A stretch of 64,000 bases of DNA, taken from a bacterium (GTDB taxonomy: Bacteria > Auribacterota > Erginobacteria > Erginobacterales > DAOSXE01). The DNA is taken from positions 1,927-65,926 of the forward strand of contig DAOSXE010000015.1 in the NCBI GenBank assembly GCA_035380285.1, written 5' to 3'. Below, piece after piece: positions 56,568-64,000 of this stretch (positions within the stretch are counted from its first letter, which is position 1; each line of letters starts with the position of its first letter). Made by a program: the position numbers and the translations under genes. Below the pieces are notes generated by a model that made no database searches, had not been told where the DNA came from, and saw only the letters and a program-made list of their open reading frames with translations.

Positions 56568-57932
56568 TCAATACTCGTAGACGCTCCCGCCGATGAATTC
56601 CCGCAGAAGGGAATCGGCGGGGATGACGGAATCGTCCTCGAGAACGTCGACCTGTTCCAGCCAGTCGAGGCAGCGACGGGCCCGGGCATGGGCATCCTCG
56701 CGGCCCGGAGAGGCAGCGAACGCCTCCACCGCCCGGCGCAGGCTCTCGTACGTGTATTTCTTATGTACGGGAAGCTCGTACGGCAGATAGCCGTTGATGA
56801 CCGCGTCGGCCTCCTTGATGAAGGGAACGATGTACTTTTTTTCGGAATCCCGGACGTAATGCCAGTGTCCCACCGTCATTTCCGGGGAGTAGTTGCGGTG
56901 GAGGTTGTCCCGGACCATCCGCCGCAGGAGCCGGATGTCGGTCCAGGGAACGAAGTTCCCGTCACTGCCGGTCAGCTGACAGATCGCCTCGATATACACC
57001 CGGAACTGGCTTTTGCGGGGTACGCCCCGGGTCACCTGGTCGTGGAGGCCGTGGAGCCCCTCGACCACCAGGATTTCCCCGGGTGCGAGCTGCATCGTCT
57101 TGCCCGTTTCCTCGCGGCGGCCGGTTTTGAAGTTATAGACCGGCACCACCGTTTCTTTCCCGGCCAGGAGATCCTTAAGGTTCCTGTTGATGGTGGCGAT
57201 GTCCAGGGCCCCGGGCGTTTCGAAATCATAGTCGCCGTATTCGTCCCGGGGCTGGTCCTTGAGGTTCCAGAAATAATTGTCCAGGGCCAGAAGCTGCAGT
57301 TTTTCGCCCGCGGTCCGCAAGGCCTCGCAGATCTTCATCGTGGTCGTGGTCTTGCCCGAAGAACTCGGTCCGGCCACGATCACGAGCCTGATCCGGTCCC
57401 GGTGGGAGAGGATCTCGCCCGCGATTTTCCAGATCGCGCCCTCGTAGGCGCGGTTCACGTCGCGGATGACCTCCCCGTACCCTCCGAAAGCGAGTCTCCG
57501 GTTGATCCCCTCGATGCTGTCGACGTCGCGTTCACGGTTCCAGGACCGCGACCGGGTCACGATTTCCATGCGGTAGAGCTCTTCCCAGGTCACCCCCGGC
57601 GAGGAAGCCTGCTTCGGAGAGGGCTTCGTGCCCGCGCTCTTCTTCGCCGCCGTCTTTTTCGCGACCGCTCGCTTGACCGCGGTTTTCTTCGGGGACACCT
57701 TCTTCGCGGCGGTTTTTTTGACCGCGGCTTTCTTCGGGGGCGCCTTCTTCGCGGCGGTTTTTTTGACCGCGGCTTTCTTCGGGGGCGCCTTCTTCACGGC
57801 GGTTTTTTTGACCGCGCTCTTCTTCGCCGCCGTCTTTTTCGCGACCGCCTGCTTGACCGCGGCCTTCTTGGGGGCGGCCTTCTTCGGGGCCGCTTTCTTC
57901 TTGGTCGGCATCAATACCTCCTGGATGCTCAT
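56568..57932 (-). CDS. histone H1-like Lys/Ala-repeat N-terminal tail fused to a uridine-kinase/phosphoribulokinase-family P-loop domain
   Basis: N-terminal ~100 aa of KKAAPKKAAVKK repeats; then Walker A VIVAGPSSSGKTTT and LALDNYF motif. Confidence 0.7.
   Translation of the reverse strand: MSIQEVLMPTKKKAAPKKAAPKKAAVKQAVAKKTAAKKSAVKKTAVKKAPPKKAAVKKTAAKKAPPKKAAVKKTAAKKVSPKKTAVKRAVAKKTAAKKSAGTKPSPKQASSPGVTWEELYRMEIVTRSRSWNRERDVDSIEGINRRLAFGGYGEVIRDVNRAYEGAIWKIAGEILSHRDRIRLVIVAGPSSSGKTTTTMKICEALRTAGEKLQLLALDNYFWNLKDQPRDEYGDYDFETPGALDIATINRNLKDLLAGKETVVPVYNFKTGRREETGKTMQLAPGEILVVEGLHGLHDQVTRGVPRKSQFRVYIEAICQLTGSDGNFVPWTDIRLLRRMVRDNLHRNYSPEMTVGHWHYVRDSEKKYIVPFIKEADAVINGYLPYELPVHKKYTYESLRRAVEAFAASPGREDAHARARRCLDWLEQVDVLEDDSVIPADSLLREFIGGSVYEY
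57620..57911. repeat. coding tandem repeats (45-bp unit duplicated, plus shorter copies) encoding the Lys/Ala tail
   Basis: cttcgcggcggtttttttgaccgcggctttcttcgggggcgcc occurs twice in tandem; related units flank it. Confidence 0.7.
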
Positions 57933-57954
57933 CCGCTACGGCTGCAGAAGGGTA

Positions 57955-57987
57955 CGCCCGGGCGGCCGCAGCCGGGCCGCCCGGGCG
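57955..57987 (-). terminator. 13-bp GC-rich hairpin between the two histone-like genes
   Basis: cgcccgggcggcc / ggccgcccgggcg with 7-nt loop, downstream of the stop at 58031. Confidence 0.25.
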
Positions 57988-58030
57988 TTGACCCGCGCCC
58001 GGCGGGCGCGGGAACTGTGCGTACTCGGTG

Positions 58031-58303
58031 TTACTTTTTCTTGGCAGACTTTTTGGCGGCTTTCTTCGGAGCCGCTTTCTTGGCCACTGCCTTCTTGGGG
58101 GCGGCCTTCTTGGCGACGGCCTTCTTCGGGGCCGCTTTCTTGGCCACGGCCTTCTTGGGGGCGGCCTTCTTCACCGCGGCTTTCTTCGGGGCCGCTTTCT
58201 TGGCCGCGGCCTTCTTCGGCGCCGCTTTCTTGGCGGCGGCCTTCTTCGGCGCCGCTTTCTTGGCGGCGGCCTTCTTCGGGGCGGCTTTCTTCTGGGCGGG
58301 CAT
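58031..58303 (-). CDS. histone H1-like nucleoid protein (Lys/Ala repeat)
   Basis: 90-aa product composed almost entirely of KKAAPKKAAA decapeptide repeats; start at internal ATG (MPAQKK) of ORF 58031..58345. Confidence 0.7.
   Translation of the reverse strand: MPAQKKAAPKKAAAKKAAPKKAAAKKAAPKKAAAKKAAPKKAAVKKAAPKKAVAKKAAPKKAVAKKAAPKKAVAKKAAPKKAAKKSAKKK
58040..58290. repeat. 30-bp periodic coding repeat (KKAAPKKAAA units)
   Basis: About eight near-identical 30-nt units read directly. Confidence 0.7.
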
Positions 58304-58430
58304 CGTCTGCCTCCTTGGTGTTGCCATGGCTGCCGAAACCCTCACCCGGACAGCGACAGCCGCTCCGCCCGGGCGGGCCGGCCGGACACGAAAACCGGCC
58401 GGACCCTACTATTCTCTTTCTTGGCGCCAA

Positions 58431-58459
58431 GTTTTATTCCTTCCCCGCATGTTGTCAAC
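58431..58459 (-). promoter_or_regulatory. candidate promoter for the histone-like gene (TTGACA-17 nt-TAAAAC on minus strand)
   Basis: Hexamers read on the minus strand ~130 nt upstream of the start codon. Confidence 0.25.
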
Positions 58460-58675
58460 ATTGATTTCGCATCGATTTTTTAAAAGCGGCGGCCGGGGCG
58501 CGAACCCGGGCGCGCGACGACGACCGGGCGCGGGGGCGGAGCGGGGAGCGGACTCGGACGGCGAACGGCGGGGGCGGCGGGGCGGGGCCGACTTTTTCTC
58601 GACAACAACGCGCCGGCTGGTAAAAGATATCTCTTGGAAAACGAACCGAGAAAATCCCATCGGGAAACATCGAGG

Positions 58676-59056
58676 ATGAAAATCACCGCCATCGTCGCCC
58701 GCGGACGCGACGCCGGGACCAGGTTCGAGGAGGTCGAACTCGAAGAACACGAAATCGACGAGGGACCGGGCTCGCCGGTTTTGAGCGCCACCGAGCGCCT
58801 CCCGGCCGGGCGCGCCACCTTCATGAACATCCCCCGGGGGTGGCGCTGGGATTGGCACTCCTCTCCTACCCGGGATTTCGTCTACGTGGTCGAGGGGCAG
58901 GTCACCGTCACCGTGGGAACGCGAGGAGCCGAGGAGAGCCGATCTTTCGGACCCGGAGAACTGTTCTGTTTCGACGACCCCGTGGGGCGGGGCCATCGGA
59001 CGACGGTGGACCGGGCCAGCCGCCTGGTGCACATCCAGGGACTGAAGGATTCCTGA
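58676..59056 (+). CDS. cupin-fold small protein
   Basis: 126 aa from internal ATG (MKITAIV); beta-rich with conserved Gly/His spacing; assignment tentative. Confidence 0.45.
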   Translation: MKITAIVARGRDAGTRFEEVELEEHEIDEGPGSPVLSATERLPAGRATFMNIPRGWRWDWHSSPTRDFVYVVEGQVTVTVGTRGAEESRSFGPGELFCFDDPVGRGHRTTVDRASRLVHIQGLKDS

Positions 59057-59161
59057 GGCGGCGGGGGGGCCCGGCGCGGCTTTGCCGCTTGAGCGCGCGG
59101 CCGGAAAGCCGTAGTATCGGAGCCGGGGGCCGAAACCAGAGCCGCATCCGGAGAATAAAAA

Positions 59162-59872
59162 ATGTACGACTTTCTCTTGCCCGATCACTGGGTCTTGATC
59201 CTCCGCATCCTGGCGGCGGCCGTCCTGGGTGGAGCCGTCGGTTTCGAACGCGAACTGCACGGGCGCGCCGCCGGGCTCCGAACTCATCTCCTGGTCAGTA
59301 CCGGCGCCGCCGCCTTCACGATCCTCTCCACCCACGTCGCCGAATTCGGAGTGGCGTGGGGAGGCGGGTTCAGCAGGGTCACCGATCCGGGCCGGATCGC
59401 CGCCCAGATCGTTACCGGCATCGGATTCCTCGGAGCCGGAGCCATCATCAAGGAGGGGTTCACGGTCCGGGGTCTGACCACCGCCGCCTGCCTGTGGGTG
59501 GCGGCCGCGATCGGCATGGCCAGCGGGGCCGGTTTCCTTCTCATCGCCGCGGCGGTGACGGCCATCTCCCTGGGCGCCCTGATCGGGCTGAATTATTTCG
59601 AAAAACTCCACCACCGGGACATCTACCGCGACCTGACCGTCGTTCTCCCCAACGACGCCGACGTCACCGGTCTCATCAACCTGGTGAAGAGAAAGCAGAT
59701 CAGGATCCTGTTTTTCGATTTCACCCGCGACTACCTGACCCACACCACCACCGCCCAGATGTCGCTCAAGCTTTCCCACCGGGGCCAGGCGGAGCAGTTG
59801 TCCCACGACATCATCATCTCCCTGGAAACGAGCGGCATCCCCCTGAAATCGATCACGTGGTCGCATCCGTAA
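59162..59872 (+). CDS. MgtC/SapB-family membrane protein
   Basis: N-terminal hydrophobic domain with GFERE ... AGLRTH motif and soluble C-terminal domain. Confidence 0.85.
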   Translation: MYDFLLPDHWVLILRILAAAVLGGAVGFERELHGRAAGLRTHLLVSTGAAAFTILSTHVAEFGVAWGGGFSRVTDPGRIAAQIVTGIGFLGAGAIIKEGFTVRGLTTAACLWVAAAIGMASGAGFLLIAAAVTAISLGALIGLNYFEKLHHRDIYRDLTVVLPNDADVTGLINLVKRKQIRILFFDFTRDYLTHTTTAQMSLKLSHRGQAEQLSHDIIISLETSGIPLKSITWSHP

Positions 59873-59978
59873 CCTCCCCCGCCGGGAAGACGGGAGGGAG
59901 GAGGCGAAGCGCGGACGAAGGTTCCGAAGGCCGGTCGCGGCCGGGTTCCGGAGCCGAAAGAAATTGCAAGGAGCGGTT

Positions 59979-60248
59979 ATGAAACACGAGGAGCTCAACC
60001 GGCGCCTGGAAGACCTGCACCGGGAACTGGCGGGCAGCGCGGAGCTGGACGAAGAGACCCGAAAGAACGTGCAGACCCTGATGGGCGACATATCCCGGCT
60101 CATGGACGGGAACGCCCGAAACGACGGCGGCGGGGGGTCCCCGATAGAAGCCGTCGAATCCCAGATCCGGGCGCTGGAGGTGCAACACCCGAAGCTGGCG
60201 GCCGCCCTGGGGCGCATCGTGGACATGCTCAGCGGCATGGGCATCTAA
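59979..60248 (+). CDS. small hypothetical protein
   Basis: AAGGAG Shine-Dalgarno 8 nt before ATG (MKHEEL); 89 aa. Confidence 0.35.
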   Translation: MKHEELNRRLEDLHRELAGSAELDEETRKNVQTLMGDISRLMDGNARNDGGGGSPIEAVESQIRALEVQHPKLAAALGRIVDMLSGMGI

Positions 60249-60254
60249 ACCCTT

Positions 60255-61034
60255 ATGCGCGGCCCCATGCTCGTCGCCCACCGGGGGGCCTCGGCCGCGG
60301 CCCCCGAAAACACCCTGGCCGCGGTGCGGGCGGCCTGGGAGGCGGGGGCCGACGCCGTTGAAGGCGATTTCCGCCTGACGCGGGACGGGGTCGTCGTCTG
60401 CATCCACGACGCCACCACCGCCCGCACCGCCGACATCGATCTGACCGTGGCCGCGGCGCCCCTGGCCCGGCTGCGGGAAGCGGACGTCGGCAGCGGCAAG
60501 GGACGGCGCTGGGCCGGAGAACGCATCCCCACCATCGACGAAGTCCTGGACGCCGTGCCCGCGGACAAGACCATCCTGATCGAGATCAAGGACGGCCCCG
60601 GTCTCGTCGTCCCCGTCGCCCGCGCCCTCAAGCGGGCGCTCCTGCCCCCCGAGCGCGCCGTGATCATCGCATTCGATCCCGCCGTGATCCGCCGGGCCCG
60701 GGAGGTCATGCCCGCGACGCGGCGCTACTGGCTGACCGGCCCCGAGGGATGCCGGACGGCGGAGGCGCTGGCCGGGTTCCTGGAGAAGATCGGCGCCGAC
60801 GGAGCCGGGTGCCGTGTTCACCGGGGAATCGACCGGCGGTTCGCGGCGGCGCTGCGGAAAAGAGGCAAGGAGCTGAACGTCTGGACCGTCGACCGGGCCG
60901 ACGCCGCCCGGCGGCTGGCCGCGGCCGGGGTCGATTCCATCTCCACCAACCGCCCGGGCCCGATCGGAGAGGCCCTGGAAGCGGCCGGCCTGCGAAAGGC
61001 GCGCCCCGGGGGCCCCGGAGACTCAGGAGGCTGA
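60255..61034 (+). CDS. glycerophosphodiester phosphodiesterase
   Basis: VAHRGASAAAPENTLAA ... GADAVEGDFRLTRDGVVVCIHD. Confidence 0.85.
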   Translation: MRGPMLVAHRGASAAAPENTLAAVRAAWEAGADAVEGDFRLTRDGVVVCIHDATTARTADIDLTVAAAPLARLREADVGSGKGRRWAGERIPTIDEVLDAVPADKTILIEIKDGPGLVVPVARALKRALLPPERAVIIAFDPAVIRRAREVMPATRRYWLTGPEGCRTAEALAGFLEKIGADGAGCRVHRGIDRRFAAALRKRGKELNVWTVDRADAARRLAAAGVDSISTNRPGPIGEALEAAGLRKARPGGPGDSGG

Positions 61035-62039
61035 AATCGACCCGGCCCGGGGCGGTGGGGTCGCCGCCGCGGCGCGGTAGAGGGAGACCACGGCCCCGAT
61101 CACCCGGCGGCTCTCCGACAAGGGGTAGCGGGGGGGAGCGTCGTCCAGGATCGATTCCTCCATCGCCTCCACTTCGCAGAGATACGGATCGACCTCCTCG
61201 GTTTCGATGATCTCCTCGCGGTCGTCGGGGAAGACCCGGATGATCCCGCTGGTTTTCCCGTCGAGGTTGGGCTGGAAGGGGTTGGGGAGGATCAGGCGCC
61301 CTCCCTCCCCCACCACCTCGGCCCCGACCCGGTAGGGGAGGCAAAACCCGCAGTCGAACTGGACCAGGGTCCCCGAAGCCATCAGGAACTGGCCGGCGAA
61401 GAGGCAATCGACCCCCGCGGCGTTGTGCTTCATGGCGCCCGCGAATTCCACGACACGGGAGGCGTCCAGGCCCAAAGCCAGAGAGACGGGGTAGACGCCC
61501 ACGTCCCAGAGACACCCGCCCCCCAGTTCGGGGCACAGCCGGATATTCCCGGAGTCCTCGGACAGGGTGAAGGAATAATGGGCGCGGATCAGGCGCAACC
61601 TCCCCACGGCGCCGTCCTCGACCAGTTCGCGAAGGGAGAGAAACTGGGGGTGCATGCGGTACGCCATCCCCTCCATCAAAACCCGGCCGGCGGCGCGGGC
61701 GGCCGTTTCCAGTTCCCGGAGCCGGGCCGGGTCGAGGACCAGGGGTTTTTCGCAGAGAACGTGCTTGCCCGCCGTCAGGGCCCGGAGGGTCCATTCGTAG
61801 TGCAGGCTGTTGGGAAGCGGGATGTAGACGGCGTCGATCCCGTCGGATTCGATCAGCTCCCGGTAGGAGCCCGCCACCCGGGGGATGTTCCAGAAGGAGG
61901 CGAACTCCTCGGCCCGGGATCGATCCCTCCCCGCCACCGTCACCAGCTCGGAACGCTCCGAAGTCGCGAGCGCCGGAATCAACCGGCGGTTGACCCGGGC
62001 CGTGGAAACGATCCCCCAACGCACCTTGTCGCCGTTCAT
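61023..62039 (-). CDS. Gfo/Idh/MocA-family oxidoreductase
   Basis: N-terminal Rossmann segment VRWGIVSTARV and EKPL motif. Confidence 0.85.
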   Translation of the reverse strand: MNGDKVRWGIVSTARVNRRLIPALATSERSELVTVAGRDRSRAEEFASFWNIPRVAGSYRELIESDGIDAVYIPLPNSLHYEWTLRALTAGKHVLCEKPLVLDPARLRELETAARAAGRVLMEGMAYRMHPQFLSLRELVEDGAVGRLRLIRAHYSFTLSEDSGNIRLCPELGGGCLWDVGVYPVSLALGLDASRVVEFAGAMKHNAAGVDCLFAGQFLMASGTLVQFDCGFCLPYRVGAEVVGEGGRLILPNPFQPNLDGKTSGIIRVFPDDREEIIETEEVDPYLCEVEAMEESILDDAPPRYPLSESRRVIGAVVSLYRAAAATPPPRAGSISAS

Positions 62040-63232
62040 GCCCGCACCTCCCTTGACTCTCCCGCGGAAATAAGCAGGCGCACTCCCTCCCGCGCGATTT
62101 CCAGTTCTTCATCGTTGGGAACGACCAGGATCCGGATCCGGGAAACGGAAGCGGCGACGTCGGCGCACCGGCTTCCGTCGGCCCGGCGGTTCAACTCCGG
62201 ATCGAGCCGCACCCCCGCGAACTCCAGCCCCCGGCAGGCTTCTTCCCTGACCGCCGGGAGCGTCAAACCGACCTCGTCGGTGAAGATCAAGGCGTCCGCG
62301 CCGCCGAGCAGGGCCAGGTAACCTCCTATATAGAGCCGGAGACGGTGGAAGTAGGCGGCGACGGCCAGAGCGGCGTCGGGAAGGCGACGGCGGCCGAGCA
62401 GGTCGCCGAGATCGCCGGAATCCCCGGAGAGCCCCAGCAGCCCGGACTCCCGGTTCAAGATCCGGGACACCCGGCCGGGCGACAATCCGGATCGGACCAG
62501 GGCCAGGACCGCCTCCGGGTCGATATCCCCGCTGCGGGTGGCCATCACCAGCCCCTGGAGCGGGGAGAATCCCATGGAAGTGTCGAGCGGACGGCCGGCG
62601 GCGATCGCCGCCGCGCTGGACCCGCCCGTCCCCAGGTGGCAGGCGACCAGGCGCAGCTCGTCTTCCCGTCTCTGCAGGAAACGGGCGGCGGCGGCGACCA
62701 CCGACCGATAGGACAAGCCGTGGAAGCCGAACTTGCGCAAACCGCAGCGGCGGGCGAGATCGCGGGGCACGGCGTAGACCGCGGCCTGGGGCGGCAGCCC
62801 GGCGTGGAAGGAGGTGTCGAAACAGGCGTACTGGGGAAGACCGGGGTAGCGGTCCCGCGCGGCTTCGATCACCGCCAGCGAGAGGGGGTTGTGGAGGGGG
62901 GCCAGGGACAGGCCTTCCCGCAGCCGTTCCAGGGTTTCGGGTCCGATGAGGGCCGGAGCCGGAAAGGCCGTTCCGCCGTGGACGACACGGTGCCCGACCG
63001 CGTCCGGTTCCAGCCCCCGGGACCGCAGCTCCCGGAATACCTCCCCGGCCGCGGACCGGTGGCCGCGGCTATCGGCATCCGCAGGGAGAGACCGGCCCCG
63101 GTCGCCTTTTGCGGAAGGGCCGATCCCTCCGACCCGGCCGGAAGCGGAAGCCACGGGGTCCCCCTCCCCCCGGGTTTCGAAGAGTTTCCAGGAGAGGGAC
63201 GAGGAGCCGCAGTTGAGAACCAGGATATCCAT
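62036..63232 (-). CDS. ackA: acetate/propionate kinase
   Basis: MDILVLNCGSSSLSWKLFE and CHLGTGGSSAAAIAAGRPLDTSMGFSPLQGLVMATRSGDIDP; start at internal ATG of ORF 62036..63583. Confidence 0.85.
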   Translation of the reverse strand: MDILVLNCGSSSLSWKLFETRGEGDPVASASGRVGGIGPSAKGDRGRSLPADADSRGHRSAAGEVFRELRSRGLEPDAVGHRVVHGGTAFPAPALIGPETLERLREGLSLAPLHNPLSLAVIEAARDRYPGLPQYACFDTSFHAGLPPQAAVYAVPRDLARRCGLRKFGFHGLSYRSVVAAAARFLQRREDELRLVACHLGTGGSSAAAIAAGRPLDTSMGFSPLQGLVMATRSGDIDPEAVLALVRSGLSPGRVSRILNRESGLLGLSGDSGDLGDLLGRRRLPDAALAVAAYFHRLRLYIGGYLALLGGADALIFTDEVGLTLPAVREEACRGLEFAGVRLDPELNRRADGSRCADVAASVSRIRILVVPNDEELEIAREGVRLLISAGESREVRA

Positions 63233-63458
63233 AGCCGAACCGGGGCAAGCATATCCTTTCCGCCCCCGGGGGAGAACCTTTTTCAGGTGGTGTCTCCCCC
63301 CCCCGCCGGACCGGGAAAAGCGAATTTTATTGCGGGACGAATCCGGTCCATTATAATCACAAAAAAATCCGTTAAACCATTTCCGAAACGGCGGGGAGGA
63401 TCTCCTGTCCTCCCGGTCCCCCCCTTCCTCGGCGAAGCGCAGGGGGAAAGGATCGATA

Positions 63459-64000
63459 ATGAATTCATTGCTGCGAAACTGCGGGATCGTATTGTTCTCT
63501 TTAACCGCGGCCGCGGGGACGGCCCGGGCCCTGGAGGTCGAGTTGACCGGGGCGGAAACGGTCAGCCGCTGCGAGGCCGACACCTACTACATCTCCGTCG
63601 GGAACCCCGCCTGGACCGCCCACACCGCGGAGAACATCGTCCTGGTCGACACGGTCCCCCCCGACGGATTCGTCTTCCAGAACGATTCCGCCTCCATCAC
63701 CACCCCCCAGGGCTCCCTGTCCGGAAGCGGGGCCAACCCGGGGATTTCCGGGAGTGACCTGACCTGGGACCTGAACGCCCTTTTCGGATCCAGCATCACC
63801 CTGGCGCCCGGCGACACCCTGGATATCGAGTTCGCCCTGGAGATCGACTGCGACGGCAACAGCGGCCAGAACGACCTGACGGTCAGCTACGACTTCCCGT
63901 TCCCCGTGCCCCAGTCCGATACCGAGGCTCTCTTCATCACGGTGATGCCCGGGGACATCAACCTCCTCAAGACCCCGGTGACCCAGGAGGCCGGGATGGG
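63459..64000 (+). CDS. secreted hypothetical protein, 3-prime partial (runs off window)
   Basis: GGGGGAAAGG Shine-Dalgarno before ATG; signal peptide MNSLLRNCGIVLFSLTAAAGTARA; frame open to end of window. Confidence 0.45.
   Translation, partial: MNSLLRNCGIVLFSLTAAAGTARALEVELTGAETVSRCEADTYYISVGNPAWTAHTAENIVLVDTVPPDGFVFQNDSASITTPQGSLSGSGANPGISGSDLTWDLNALFGSSITLAPGDTLDIEFALEIDCDGNSGQNDLTVSYDFPFPVPQSDTEALFITVMPGDINLLKTPVTQEAGM

Noticed and set aside
57620-58290. Short tandem repeats considered as a possible CRISPR array
   Set aside because: Repeat units (30 and 45 bp) are contiguous with no unique spacers and are in-frame coding sequence for Lys/Ala-rich protein tails.
58409-60244. 611-aa minus-strand ORF spanning the cupin, MgtC and small protein genes
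   Set aside because: Arg/Pro/Gly-rich translation without motifs; plus-strand genes have ribosome-binding sites and recognisable families.

Overview
High-GC bacterial chromosome segment (Gram-negative-type envelope genes) with a ~10.5 kb low-GC island inserted between the 3-prime end of fusA (EF-G) and a minus-strand tRNA-Ala(GGC). The island (11089-21572) is bounded by perfect 174-bp direct repeats (10915-11088 and 21573-21746) and carries no recognisable integrase. Its nine genes all lie on the minus strand and are tightly packed: a DNA-modification/defence-like half (C5 cytosine methyltransferase, Vsr, small HNH nuclease, MORC-like GHKL ATPase plus unknown partner) and a sugar-phosphate-like half (RuBisCO-like protein with Lys-to-Ile at the carbamylation position and a ~200 aa C-terminal extension, phosphopentomutase-like metalloenzyme, flavin reductase-like protein, acyltransferase-like/HAD-IIA phosphatase fusion). 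I consider this the candidate undescribed system; its function is hypothesis only. The rest of the window holds housekeeping genes (def, thiD, Maf, acetate kinase, glycosyltransferases, peptidases), a Memo-AMMECR1 fusion, a HAMP-PP2C phosphatase, a ~20 kb co-directional type II secretion operon (ECF sigma, anti-sigma, GspC-M) ending in a 1930-aa secreted multidomain protein, and two adjacent histone H1-like Lys/Ala-repeat genes, one fused to a uridine-kinase-like domain. No CRISPR array, rRNA, prophage structural genes or transposase were seen. All assignments come from motifs read in the six-frame translations; no database search was run, and long Arg/Gly/Pro-rich ORFs on the opposite strand of real genes were treated as high-GC shadow ORFs.
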